A stretch of 43,576 nucleotides of DNA from Octopus sinensis (taxonomy: Eukaryota): the NCBI RefSeq assembly GCF_006345805.1, contig NW_021834974.1:1-43576 (forward strand). The letters run 5' to 3'. Both the position numbers and the translations under genes were made by a program. Each line of letters starts with the position of its first letter. Position 1 is the stretch's first letter. This document shows, in pieces, positions 1-11,940 of the stretch. Below the pieces are notes generated by a model. The model saw only the letters and a program-made list of their open reading frames with translations. It was not told the origin of the DNA and searched no databases.

Positions 1-170
1 GTTCTGAGAGTGTCGAAACCAGTACATATTCTTATCGGATTGCACTTATTCTACTCTATCTGAATCTTTTGCTGAACTGCTAAGTTTCGGACACATTAAG
101 AATAGTTGTTTTCAAAGCGCTGGAGCGGGACGGAGACTAACCCAAAGAAACGAATACACATACACAAAAT

Positions 171-202
<32 letters not shown>

Positions 203-586
203 GTATATATATAGATATATATATATATATATATATATAGAAGATAGATAGATAATAGATATATAGATATATATTATATAGTGGTTTTTATGCTTTGTAT
301 ACTTCCTTATGTTTTTTCTGCTACCTTTAACCATGTTTTTCTTGTGCTTGTGCGTATATAGACGTATGTATGAACTTTTATGGCACGCTGTGTGTGTACG
401 AGTTTGTATATATATGCGTATACATTTGGCGAAAAATGCGAGTGAAGATGTGTACGTTTTCATAGTGACGTATACGTACGCACGTGGGTCCGCGAAAGCA
501 CATGTGAGCATATGACTAGCCATGTTTACGTGTTTACTATGAACTTTTAATCTTAATTTATATAAGTAGCAGAATTATAATACAGT

Positions 587-1040
587 AATAAATATATACA
601 AATTACAAAAATAATAAATAAAAATAAACAGTACAGAAAATGTTTCAACTTTGCGGATTTTCACCTATCGTGGAGGGGTTTTGGAACGTAGCACCCATAT
701 GTGTATAGATATGTATATACATGCATGTATGTATATATATATATTATATATATATATATTATATACGTAATATATGTTACATTATGTATGTGAGAATCAG
801 TGTGCGTATGTATGCTTATATACGAAAGATATTGATATAGAAACAGCAAAAGTTAAAAACATTCTTATATATATGTAATTAAGGATAAGATCGTTAATTT
901 AAAAATTAAATAACGATTTTCGACTACAATGGGTGCTACGTTTCAAAACCCCTCCACGATAGGTGAAAATCCGCGAAGTTGAAATAATTTCTGTACTGTG
1001 TATTTTTATTTATTATTTTTGCAATTTGTATAGATTTATT
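587..1040. repeat. Inverted repeat, ~112-bp arms (587-698 / 929-1040), Tigger/pogo-like MITE ends
   Basis: ttgcggattttcacctatcgtggaggggttttggaacgtagcacccat is mirrored by atgggtgctacgtttcaaaacccctccacgataggtgaaaatccgcgaa. The motif resembles subterminal sequence of Tigger-type non-autonomous elements. Confidence 0.75.
699..860 (+). repeat. Diverged direct repeat of 4139-4395
   Basis: Shared atgtatatacatgcatgtatg-(TA)n-tacgtaat..tgttacattatgta..atcagtgtgcg..tacgaaag..tgatatagaaacagcaaaagttaaaaac. Confidence 0.8.
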
Positions 1041-1174
1041 TTATCATAAATGCAAAACAACACTACTGAGGAATCGATGTAAGCTTAAATCCCCTAGTGG
1101 GTAATAATAAAACAGATGTAAGCTTAAATAATATACTGCGATGTGTGAACCGCGATTTGGTGAGGAATTAACTG
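929..1174 (-). mobile_element. Pogo/Tigger-like non-autonomous DNA transposon remnant
   Basis: Minus strand starts TA|CAGTtaattcctcaccaaatcgcggttcacacatcgc, resembling Tigger-type CAGT termini with a TA target. Confidence 0.5.
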
Positions 1175-1215
1175 TATGTGTGTGTGTGTGCGGATTTATA
1201 AATGAATGTATATGT

Positions 1216-1500
1216 ATACTCTTTACTCTTTTACTTGTTTCAGTCATTTGACTGCGGCCATGTCAAGCAATACTAGGGGGACAAACACAGACACACAAAC
1301 ATATACACACACACTTATATATATATGTACATATATACGACAGGCTTCTTTCAGTTTTCGTCTACCGAATCCACTCACAAGGCACTGGTCGGCCCGAGGC
1401 TATAGTAGAAGACACTTGCCCAAGGTGCCACGCAGAGGGACTGAATCCGGAACCATGTGGTTGGTAAACAAGCTACTTACCACACAGCCACTCCTGCGCA
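1216..1500 (-). mobile_element. tRNA-derived SINE family A, internally deleted copy
   Basis: Minus strand has A box TGGCTGTGTGG, a B-box-like GATTCAGTCCC and ccttgggcaagtg. About 120 bp is missing between gcggccat and gtcaagc relative to 17797-18210. Confidence 0.9.
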
Positions 1501-1660
1501 TATATTTTTTTATTCATTTCAGCCATGTGGCCGCGCCCATGCTGGAGCACCATCGTGATTTTGCTCTTTTACATATCATTCTTCTTTGGCTGATTTCCTA
1601 GGATGATATGATTCCATATCACCATTCCTATGTGTGCTTTTCCCCTTGGTTATTGGCCTA

Positions 1661-1780
1661 TTAGGTGCATGAGAGAGTTTGACACCGCTGCCCTCATCTA
1701 TACCTCATGCCGAGCCGTTGGCCCATCTGGTATTGTGGAGAGGAGAATGTCCAGTTCTTTTTTTAAGACATCCACGTATG
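1661..1780 (-). pseudogene. CR1/L2-group LINE ORF2 C-terminal fragment
   Basis: Manual translation YVDVLKKELDILLSTIPDGPTARHEV*MRAAVSNSLMHL matches the FKxxLDxxLxxIPDxP...RAAxSNSL terminus. Confidence 0.7.
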
Positions 1781-1826
1781 GGTCTGTAACACTTAATGCT
1801 GATATTAAGTTCTAACCCGTCCAGAA

Positions 1827-2062
1827 TTTTCCACATATAGATTATTACTTGTTTATTACATATTATTATTATTATTTTTATAATTATGTTTATTACATAT
1901 TATTATTTATTATTTTTATAATTATGTTTATTACATATTATTATTTATTATTTCCACATATAGATTATTACTTGTTTATTACATATTATTATTATTATTT
2001 TTATAATTATGTTTATTACATATTATTATTTATTATTTCCACATATAGATTATTACTTGTTT
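1827..2062. repeat. AT-rich tandem repeat (ccacatatagattattacttgtttattacatattattatt...)
   Basis: The unit start recurs at ~1829, ~1951 and ~2036, and resumes after the SINE at 2447-2478. Confidence 0.85.
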
Positions 2063-2446
2063 TGTGGAGGTGCAATGGCCCAGTGGTTAGGGCAGCGGAC
2101 TCGCGGTCATAGGATCGCGTTTCGATTCCCAGACCGGCGTTGTGAGTGTTTATTGAGGCGAAAACCTTAAGCTCCACGAAAGGCTCCAGCAGGGGATGGT
2201 AGTGATCCCTGCTGTACTCTTTCACACCACACTTTCTCTCACTCTTACTTCCTGTTTCTGTTGTACCTGTATTTCACGGGGCCGGCGTGTCACTCTCTGT
2301 TTCACGCTGAATATCCCCGAGAACTACGTCAAGGGTACACGTGTCTGTGGAGTGCTCAGCCACTTACACGTTAATTTCACGAGCAGGCTGTTCCGTTGAT
2401 TCGGATCAACCTGAACCCTCGTCGTCGTAACCGACGGAGTGCTTCC
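2063..2446 (+). mobile_element. Full-length tRNA(Arg)-like SINE (octopus OR-type) with 11-bp TSD
   Basis: A box TGGCCCAGTGG, anticodon-arm-like gacTCGcggtc, B box-like GTTTCGATTCC, and an RTE-like 3' tail cctcgtcgtcgtaaccgacgg. TSD attacttgttt at 2052-2062 and 2447-2457. Confidence 0.88.
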
Positions 2447-2571
2447 ATTACTTGTTTATTACATATAGATTATTACTTCGTTCCAAGGAGTAAATTATTA
2501 GTTTTTTAGCCTCTCTCTGTGGCCCATCTTCTGCACTGTTACAATCATTTTAGTGTAGTCACTTAATTCTT

Positions 2572-2950
2572 GGCATCCTTTTGTCTCGGGAGACAATGGA
2601 GTTGCGCATAAACTAACCCAGTCTGGTTTTTACATTTCATGTCCTCCCCAGCTTCCTCTCTAGTTTTGCGCAGACCTGGGCTAGATGTAAGGAAATCTTG
2701 GGTAGCCCAATCGCCGGGATTCCTCTCTCGACCTTGCTGACGTTGTCCAAAGGAATGCAGAGCATTACATTTGGCACCAGCTTAGTTGAGGGAGCTGCCG
2801 GAAGTGTGTCGAGTCGAACACTAAACCACCTACGGGGCTCCACTCCGGAATTCTTTGATGGTTGTCTCCTTTCCGTAACCCTAGATAGGGGCCCATACCG
2901 GGTACTGTCAGCCGGCACTCGTGTCAGGCAGGGTCGTCACACCCTGAAGA
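2572..2950 (-). mobile_element. Non-coding retroposon segment, tentatively RTE/Vingi-associated
   Basis: GC-rich island. Minus-strand motifs tccggagtggagcccc, ttccggcagctcc..aagctggtgccaaa and terminal ctccattgtctcccgagaca..ggatgcc recall non-LTR-derived repeats from other animals. Assigned from memory, not searched. Confidence 0.4.
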
Positions 2951-3075
2951 AGTGAAGAAAATAACTACTCACTACCCAAGTAACTTAGGGCTGCTTCAAA
3001 TTCCGCTGGTAGTTTGGACCCGTGTGGTGACCACAGCTGTGGGCTGTAACCCAGGCGGCTTTGAGCAAGAGTCAT

Positions 3076-3390
3076 TCATAAGGTCAACATGACTTCGTTG
3101 ACACTTGAATTGAAGGATCTTCGGCCTGCCAGTTCTCTACTCTTTGTTGCCACATTGGTAATGTGTATACGAAATAGTGCATCATGACACATGCTGATCC
3201 CCAAATCTCTGACTGCCTGTGAATCCGAGATTTCAATAACTTTGGGTCCTCTGTATGCAAGCTGCGGTACATTTGCGAACTGATCGCGCAACCCATGACA
3301 TTTTCCAGCATTAAACTGCATGTTGTTTACTTCAACCCAATTTTATATTGCATCCAGGTTCCGCGGAAAGCTTGCGACGTCGTCTGGATT
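3076..3390 (-). pseudogene. CR1/L2-group LINE RT fragment (post-motif C / thumb)
   Basis: NLDAI*NWVEVNNMQFNAGKC...VRDLGISMCHDALFRIHITNVATKSRELAG fits the WxxxNxMxFNxxK and RDLG motifs. Confidence 0.8.
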
Positions 3391-3391
3391 C

Positions 3392-3806
3392 TTTATTCTT
3401 TTACTTTTTTACTTGTTTCAGTCATTTTACTGCGGCCATGCAAGAGCACCGCCTTTAGCCGAGTAAATCGACACCAGGACTTATTCTTTGTAAGCCTAGT
3501 ACTTATTCTATCGGTCTCTTTTGCCGAACCGCTAAGTTACCGGGACGTAAGCACACCACCATCGGTTGTCAAGCGATGTTGGGAGGACAAACACAGACAC
3601 TCAAACATATATACACACATACATATATATATATATATACATATATATGACAGGCTTCTTTCAGTTTCCGTCTACCAAATCCACTCACAAGGCTTTGGTC
3701 AGCCCGAGGCTGGAGTAGAAGACACTTGCTCAAGGTGCCACGCAATGGTAATGAGCGCGGAATCATGTGGTTTATACGCAAGCTACTTACCACACAATCA
3801 CTCCTG
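3392..3806 (-). mobile_element. SINE family A, near full length
   Basis: Collinear with 17797-18210. Confidence 0.9.
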
Positions 3807-4168
3807 TGTATTATCGGCAAAACAAATAATGGAGTGTCTGGGGGATCATGGGACCCGAACCTACGTCACTGCAAGACAAGACTGCTAACCACACAGCCAT
3901 GTCTTCGCTGCAATAAAGCTCTGCCTTTTATTTTATATAAAATAAACACGTTGCAATGAAAAGTAAACAATAGCTCTTTTATATGTTATTGGCGGATTAG
4001 AGTTATCGAGCCAACCAGATGCTTTTTTGAAGGAAATCAAAGAATATCTTATCACACGTAAATATGACATACATACACATAGAGATATGTATATATTTAT
4101 ATAATATATATATATATAATAATATATATATCTACATGTATGTGTATTGATATGTATATACATGCATG

Positions 4169-4235
<67 letters not shown>

Positions 4236-4263
4236 TATATATATAATATATATATATATATAT

Positions 4264-4297
<34 letters not shown>

Positions 4298-4533
4298 CGT
4301 AATGTATGTTACATTATGTATTTGGGATCAGTGTGCGGATGTGTGTGTTGTCTATACGAAAGCTATTTGATATAGAAACAGCAAAAGTTAAAAACCAAAT
4401 TCAAAAATTAATATAATTTAAACATAGCAAGAGGTGCCGAATGGTGAGGATGTCCTGATGTACCCTCAAAAACCATATATGTATATACAAAACGCACACA
4501 CTCAGTACACGCACATTTATGTATATATATATA

Positions 4534-4583
<50 letters not shown>

Positions 4584-4964
4584 CACTACAATATACACAC
4601 ATATTTATATGCAAATATCATGTACATATATATGTATATATATATATATGTTTATCCCTATATGTATATATATATTTGCGTGTATGTGTAAGTATATGTA
4701 TGCCTCTTTGCGTATTCGTGTGTGTTTGTAACTGTTTGTTCGTTTATGTTTATGTGTATGTGTGTGTATGTGTGTGTGTGAGTAGACATGGGGTGTGTGT
4801 ATGCGTCTCCACTTCTCTTTTGATATTTAAACAATCTATCATTAAGAAAATAGATTTCATTTTCAAATTTCCTTTAATTTCCTCTTCGCCTATCTTTTAT
4901 ATTGCTGTTGTTGTTGCTGTTGTGTTACATTGCTGCAATTTGTTTTCAGTATTCTCCTTTTGCT

Positions 4965-5296
4965 TATAACGACGATAGTGATGAGGAAGTTGTGGTGATG
5001 GTAGTTGCGGTGGTGGGGGCCGGTGGTGGCGACGGTAATGATGGTGACGGTGATGATGATGATGATGATAATGATGGTGGTGGTGGTGGTGGTGATCTTG
5101 GTCAAGATGATGATGTTGATGATGTTGGTCAAGATGATAATGGTGGTGATGATGATAATGATGATGACGATGATGATGATGAGACAATGACGATGATGAT
5201 GATGATGATGATGATGATAATGACGATGATGATGATGACGATGTTAATGACGATGATGATGATGATGACGATGATGACAATGATGATGACAATGAC

Positions 5297-5331
<35 letters not shown>

Positions 5332-5700
5332 CGATGATGATAATGATGATGACAATGACGATGATGATGATGATGATGATGATGATGATATTATAATGAC
5401 GATGATGATGATGATGACGATGATGATGACGATGATGCTGGTGTTAGTGATGACGTTGACGGTGATAATGAATGTGATGATGGTGATGGCGATGATGATG
5501 ATGATGACGACGACGACGACGACGATGTTGATGATAATGAGGAGGGGGAGGTAGAGGAGGGAGAAGAGGTGAAGTGGATGATGAGGCGGAGAAGGTGGGG
5601 GCGGGATCGTGATGATGGTGTCGGTGCTGATAATACTGATAATAGTGATGCTGCGGCAGCCACAGCTGCTGCCGTCGCTTCTGCTGCTGCTAATGATAAT
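4965..5700. repeat. (GAT/GGT/GAC)n trinucleotide low-complexity tract
   Basis: Seen directly. Generates the poly-D/M/S/H ORFs. Confidence 0.95.
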
Positions 5701-5803
5701 TCTCTTGTTGATCAAAATTCTATTGTTGTTATGTTGTTCTCTTTTGTTCTTCTTCTTTGTAGTCAGTACTTCATATAGTTCTGCTTTTATTTTATCTTAT
5801 TTC

Positions 5804-5861
<58 letters not shown>

Positions 5862-5875
5862 TATTTTATTATTAT

Positions 5876-6384
5876 TGTTTATGGGTTTTTCTTCTCCTTT
5901 CAAATTTGCTTCTATTTCTTGTCGGGTGTCTTCCCGATTCCTAGGGCAAAGAAACTCATTGTATACATTGGTAGGCCATTAAACTAAACTCAGTAGTTCG
6001 TTCATCTTTTTTTTTATAGAAATAAAGTTAAATTAAAATACATGTGTAGTAATAGTTCTCACATCGACAATACTCTTCTCAATACGTGTGATGTACCAGT
6101 TAAGACAATCTTTTGCACTTCTTGCAGGGATGGTAAGCCATGGATCATTCTCATATAATTTTCGGTTCCCTTCTTGATCATTCCTAGTGCTCCTACGATC
6201 ACTAGTATTGTAACCGCCTTGAGATGCCACATTTTATCAATTTCAATGAGCAAGTCTTTATATTTTCTGAGCTTGTCAAATTCTTTCGCCGAGATATTAT
6301 GATCACATGGGATGCTCATGTCAATAAGCAAACTTTATTGTTTTGGTCTTTCACAACAATATCCGGTTTATTGGCTTTGATGGT
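5876..6384 (-). mobile_element. R4/Dong-type retrotransposon, 5'-truncated 3' fragment in (TAA)n
   Basis: TIKANKPDIVVKDQNNKVCLLIDMSIPCDHNISAKEFDKLRKYKDL RLE motif plus 3' UTR, highly similar to 22836-23330. (TTA)n on both sides. Confidence 0.93.
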
Positions 6385-6389
6385 TATTA

Positions 6390-6458
<69 letters not shown>

Positions 6459-6555
6459 CATTACTTGTTTTTCCCGTTTTCTGAATTCAACTTTAAATTT
6501 ATTAGCAATACAGATTGTGATTTCTGTTGTTGTTGTTGTTGTTGTTGTTATTACT

Positions 6556-6700
6556 ATAGGCACAACTCCTGAAATTCTTACTTTGTCTGTGGTGTTGGTA
6601 GGTAGAAGGGGCGCAAGTCGATTACATCAATCCCAGTATTCAACAGTAATCGCTTCCGGAAGGATAAACGGCACAGAACGTACAGATTGCTGAAATGCCA
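6556..6700 (-). mobile_element. SINE family B, degraded
   Basis: ataggcacaa..cctgaaatt and agtcgattacatc..cccagt match the reverse of 24919-25130. Confidence 0.6.
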
Positions 6701-6705
6701 CTAAT

Positions 6706-6977
6706 CGCAGGCGTGGTTCTGTGGTAAGAATCTGGATTCCCAACCACGTATTTCCAGGTTCATTCTCACTGTGTGTCTGTGTTTGTTCACCCACCACAGC
6801 GTGACAACCAGTGATGATGTGTTTCTGTCCACGTAACTTCGCGGTTCGGCAAATACGACCGATAGAACATGTACCTGACATGATAGAAAAGATGTACTGT
6901 GGTCGATTCATTCGACCAAAAATTCAATGCAGTGCCCCAGCATGGCCGCAGACGCATGACTGAAACCAGATAAAAGA
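6706..6977 (+). mobile_element. SINE family A-related, diverged and internally deleted
   Basis: tRNA-like head tggttctgtggtaag..ggttcattct followed by the family 3' half (gcggttcggcaaa..gaccgatagaa..ccagcatggccgcag..atgactgaaac). Confidence 0.75.
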
Positions 6978-7021
6978 CATATATGCATACTTACAAACAC
7001 ACAATACACATACACACACAA

Positions 7022-7087
<66 letters not shown>

Positions 7088-7091
<4 letters not shown>

Positions 7092-7267
7092 GAAATTTGT
7101 AGAAAACCAAAAGACGAAGACAGGTGTATAAACAACAAGCAAGTGTATAGTTAGACGCTCGGGAAAAATGAAAAACGTTTTTTACGTTTCGAGCCAACGC
7201 TCTTCAACAGAAAGGAATATAAAGAAATATACAGAGAGAGAATGAAAAAACCCAGTAGAGTTCAGTG
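7088..7267 (-). mobile_element. Penelope-type terminal repeat (pLTR) with minimal HHR-like motif at 7179-7214
   Basis: Minus strand tttCTGTTGAagagcgttggctcGAAAcGTAaaa. Homologous to 7360-7508 and 13810-13998, flanked by (TA)n. Confidence 0.7.
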
Positions 7268-7359
7268 GTCCAGTGGTACATATGTATGTACACAGACATA
7301 TATATGTACATATATTATATATATATATATATATATGTACATGCATACATTTACATACA

Positions 7360-7508
7360 TCTCTGCTTATTTCTGTGTTCCTATCTGCTGAAGAGCGTAG
7401 GCTCGAAATGTAAAAGACTTTCTCACTTCCCAAGCTTTAAACTAATACATCTGTTTGTGTGTCTACACCACCTTTCTTCGTCTTTTGTTCTTTTGTGAAT
7501 TCTCCCTA
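7360..7508 (+). mobile_element. Same pLTR family, HHR-like motif at 7381-7416
   Basis: CTGCTGAagagcgtaggctcGAAAtGTAaaag. Confidence 0.7.
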
Positions 7509-7528
7509 TATATTTATGTATATATATA

Positions 7529-7578
<50 letters not shown>

Positions 7579-7638
7579 ATTTACTATATATATATATATA
7601 TAATAATATATAATATATATATATATATACATATTAAC

Positions 7639-9532
7639 AGCTAGGAAAACTTTAATAGAGTTTGATAATAAACTTTGGCTAGCTAGAAAGGACACACCCA
7701 ACTTGTTCGACATCACCATGGGATCGCCGGACTCAGCGGAAGTGACTGATGTAGTGGGGATGTATCTATTGGATAACATTAGTAGGGAATTCCCTGAATT
7801 AAAAGGAGTTTTATATAGGGATACGCTTTATTTTGTGTAAATAATACCTCTAATAGGAGATTAGATCTTCTGAAAAAAAGAATAAATAATTTTTTTAAAA
7901 GTTTCGGCCTATCCATTATCATTGAAAGGGAAAACTATTCTGCTAATTATTTGGATGTCAATTGTAACATTACTAATGGAATACATGAACCTTACATTAA
8001 ACCCAATTCTAACCTAATATATATAAACCGTTCTAGCAATCACCCCACTCAAATTAAATGTGCACTAGTGCGTAACATTAGTCAGAGAATTTCTTGTTTA
8101 TCCTCAAACGAGGACATTTTTAATAAGCATTGTGATAGATACAACGCAGCATTGCTAAAAGCAGGCTACAAAAGCAAAATATGGTATATACCTAAGGGGA
8201 ATCCTCCAAACGGGGGTGGAACTATTAGGAACAACACCAATAGATTTAGGACAAACAATAATAACTATAAGAAAAGGAAAAATAGAATATATGAAAACGC
8301 CTATAATAATATAGAGGTTTGTTAACCTCAGAACGGTGGACGGTAGTTTAAATAGATCTGCGCAAACAGGTAATGGGTAATATAATATAATATACATATC
8401 AAAACTTATGGTAGATATGATAATAGTAAAGTTTACTTGCGTAATAATTTTGGGAATATTGATATAGATAGACATAACAATGACATTGGTAAGAATAGTA
8501 AACATATGGGTTGGTCAGGAATAAGGTTTTTACTAAAAACAATAACTTGATAGGCAACCCTAATACTGATAAGGATACACTTTGGCTTATTATCCCATAT
8601 GCAATGCAGATAAAAACAGACATAGTTAGAGCTTTGCATAATGTAATATTTAGGCACTTTGGTAAGGATAGGAATAAATTTAGTCATTTAATTAACAATG
8701 GTACTGTTAGAATAGGATATAGCATTACACATAATCTAGCCACCATTATCTACTCTTTTAATAACCGGAAACTTGATTACTTCTATAAAGATAGAAAGTT
8801 GAAGTTAAATAATAGAAATTTGCCTCTCTTTAATAGTATGAACAATAAATCTTTTGGAGCTAACGGGAACAACCCTCTTATAAATTATGAGGGTACCGTA
8901 CCTGCTAAGGAAAATATCAATGTAATAGATGATACTACTACTCCCAATACTAGTACTAGTATTGATAGGAATATCGCCAATAATGTTAAATTAACTCATT
9001 CGTTGAATTTGGGTTTGGATGGTAATAATAATTGTAACACTACTAATATGAATGGTGTTACAGGATTGGGGACCAATCTTGGATTACCCCAACCTGTTAA
9101 TAACTGTAATTTCAGAAACAGAAATAAATGTGTGTTTGGTAATCAATGCCTCAGGACGAAGGAGGTAGTTTACCAAGCACTGTGGATACACAATTTAGTA
9201 GTAGGGTGTATATCGGAGCAACTATGAATAGCATGAAACAGAGACTTAATTATCATAGATATACTTTTAGAAATAAAAATAGGATGTACTCTACAGGGTT
9301 AAGTGCATACATTTGGGAACTCAAAAGTAAGAACTTCGATTTTAGATTAAATTGGAAAATACTAACTTCGGCACCTGTGTATAATGGAAAAAATAAAAAA
9401 TGCTCTCTATGTATTAATGAAATCTTTTTCATTATCAAAGCGGGTAGGAATATTATTAATAACATAACGAAAAAAAATTTTTTTGCATTCCCAAACTACC
9501 GTACACTTTTTCTAGATTCAAATAGAACTTAG
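7639..9532 (+). pseudogene. PLE reverse transcriptase - GIY-YIG endonuclease, frameshifted
   Basis: FDITMGSPDSAEVTDVVGMYLL (motif B); LYRD with a frameshift at the second D; YLDV; thumb PYIKPNSNLIYINRSSNHP; Cys motif CN(F)RNRNKCVFGNQCL; VVYQ..VYIGAT..KQRLNYH..TGLSAYIWELK..CSLCINE. At least three frame breaks. Confidence 0.92.
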
Positions 9533-11404
9533 CATTTCTACTAGCAATATTTTAACTCCCTTCTGTATCTAATTATACTAGTGGTCTTCTACAATTCTAA
9601 AACATGCAACTTATAAATTTATAATTTTATATAATTTTGTAGCTACACATGTATAAAAAAATATATATGTCCAGTATTAATGGTTTTTGTATGTGGGTTT
9701 TTTGTCTTGTTTTATAAGGGAAATACACTACGGCAAGAAATAATATATTCATTTTGGTATTTGCTTTGTAATATGTGATTCTTGAAGTTTTCTAATATTA
9801 CAGAGTGTGTATGAATATCATAGTTAGATACCTGGTTTTGGATACTTTAATACTATTATGTAATATATGAGAGTCTATTTGGGAGTTTGTTTGTTTAGGT
9901 TGAGAATTTGGGTTTTTGTAGGTTTTTATTTGGCAGGCTTATATATTGTATATTTGGTGTATCTTTGCACTCACCTAAATTTGTATCTTATGCTATTTAT
10001 TAATAAACCTATTCATTTACTCGCATTTGGCTTTATAAATATTAGCAGTCTTATATATTTAGTCTATATTTGTAATCTTCTGGATTTGTACACTATGTTA
10101 TCCATCTATTCATTTTTTTACTCATTATCTACAGGTATTAATTTACATAATATTAGCCTGTATACTAAGTTTATATAAGTATTTTCTTCAATATATATCT
10201 TCACTTTATTTTGTTATTTATTTACATATATACTATTTTATGCATATGAGGATATATGCATATTAGCATTAATATATATTAGGTGTACCTGTACCTAGGT
10301 ATTTATCTGAATTTGTTTTCTATGGTATCTATCTATTCATTTAGTCATTTATTTATTTATTTATTATTTATTTATTTACTTATTTAAGTGTAGATATATA
10401 CATACATATCAATTATTTATTTTAATAATATATGGATACATGTATACTGGTTTGTACTTATATTATGTATGTAATTTTAATTATTTCTTCTTATTTATTT
10501 TATCACATTTTTAACTTAAGTATTTACAATTTATTAACTTATAATTAATTTAATTTCTGTTATTTACTTATATACAATTGTATTGGTTAGTCCCCCGTTG
10601 ATATTATTTAATGCCAAATCTTGTTAATTATTACATTTGTTATCTATATGTCCACGGTTGCTTAAAAGTATATTTATATATAAGTACTATGAATTGTTTT
10701 CCCGCGAGCCACATATGAAAATAGACAGTGCACTTGTGTATATCTGCTGCAACACACGAGTATGTATATTTGAATGTAATTCTATTAGTTCGTAGGTTAG
10801 GTTCTTTGATGGATAAATATTAATATTATAATGGCACTGGATTTATTACGTAGAAAAGATTATATTTATACTATAAAAAAAAAATTATCTATACTTTATA
10901 ACTTAGCGTACATGCGATTATAGTAAATTACGGTGAAATCAGTAAACGGTATGTTGACTACAAAAAAGCGGTGTCACATGCTGCGTGTACCCTGCGAAAA
11001 TAACATTCGATGTCGTGATATATTAATATATGTATCTTTATAACAAATATTTTATGGAAATATGTGAGTGGACCTATTTAGTTATTTTGGTGGAATGGTT
11101 GTCGTTTTGAGAGACTGGATGGCTGCATAGCTAGGATTAAACCTCTTTTATTATTTATTTATTTATATGTTGGACGTTGTTTGTGGATATGTATGTGTAT
11201 GAGTGTATGTGTGTGTGTATACATATAATTATGTATGTATGTGCGATTGATCTGTGGATGTGCGTGTGCGTATGTGCGTTTCTTGACTAACTAACCGTAA
11301 AATTTCTTTTGTGATTCAAATTTTAAACTATAAGCCAATCGAATTAATCTAGAATAATCAATATCAAGCGGACAGAATAACCAGACTCATAGATATGTCG
11401 ATGT

Positions 11405-11437
11405 CCGATGAATGTACTTGGTACAGACACAATTGTA
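11405..11437 (+). ncRNA. Degenerate hammerhead-like motif
   Basis: CCGATGA-a-tgtac-ttg-gtaca-GACA-caattg-TA. Palindromic stem III ACAATTGT, but GAAA is mutated and stem I is poor. Confidence 0.45.
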
Positions 11438-11829
11438 TCTATTGTTATTATTATTATTATTATTAATATAAATAGTAATTTTTATTGACTTTTACAGGTT
11501 TATAATTTTATGAACTGAACTGTGTTTTTTTTTAATTATTTTTCATGTATAGGTCTGATTTTAATTTAAATGTGAGTGTGCATATATTTTCTGTGTGTTG
11601 GTTTTTAGAACTATTAGCCCAATATGTAGAATAACTGTGTTTATTAAATATATTGATATAATTTGTGTTTTATTTTGTTTTGTTTATTTTGTATTATTGT
11701 ATTAATGAGTTATATATATATATATATGTGTGTAGTATTATGGGTGTCTATGCACACGTTTTTATATTTTATATTTTTATATTTATATGTATATAAAAAT
11801 AATTTTTTCACACTTATAATAAATTAAAT

Positions 11830-11940
11830 TCTCTGAAGAGGCCGTGGGGCATCCTTGTTAATGTCTCATTTATACCTGCCTTATATGGCTTATAGGTTAA
11901 ATGAGGCATGCTTGCCTTTACTGCCGAAACAGCTGTCAGA
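11830..11940 (+). ncRNA. Type I hammerhead ribozyme with long stem II insertion
   Basis: tct-CTGAAGA-ggc[~80 nt, including atgtctcattta/taaatgaggcat]gcc-GAAA-cagctg-TC^aga. Palindromic stem III ACAGCTGT. Confidence 0.88.

Noticed and set aside
2063-2140. Functional tRNA gene
   Set aside because: No proper acceptor stem, and it continues into a SINE body with TSD. The same holds for the other tRNA-like heads (e.g. 15430-15497, 42709-42785).
4890-5778. Poly-D/M/S/H ORFs
   Set aside because: Trinucleotide-repeat artefacts. The same applies to 29506-30254 and to all YI/HT/CV/LS dipeptide ORFs.
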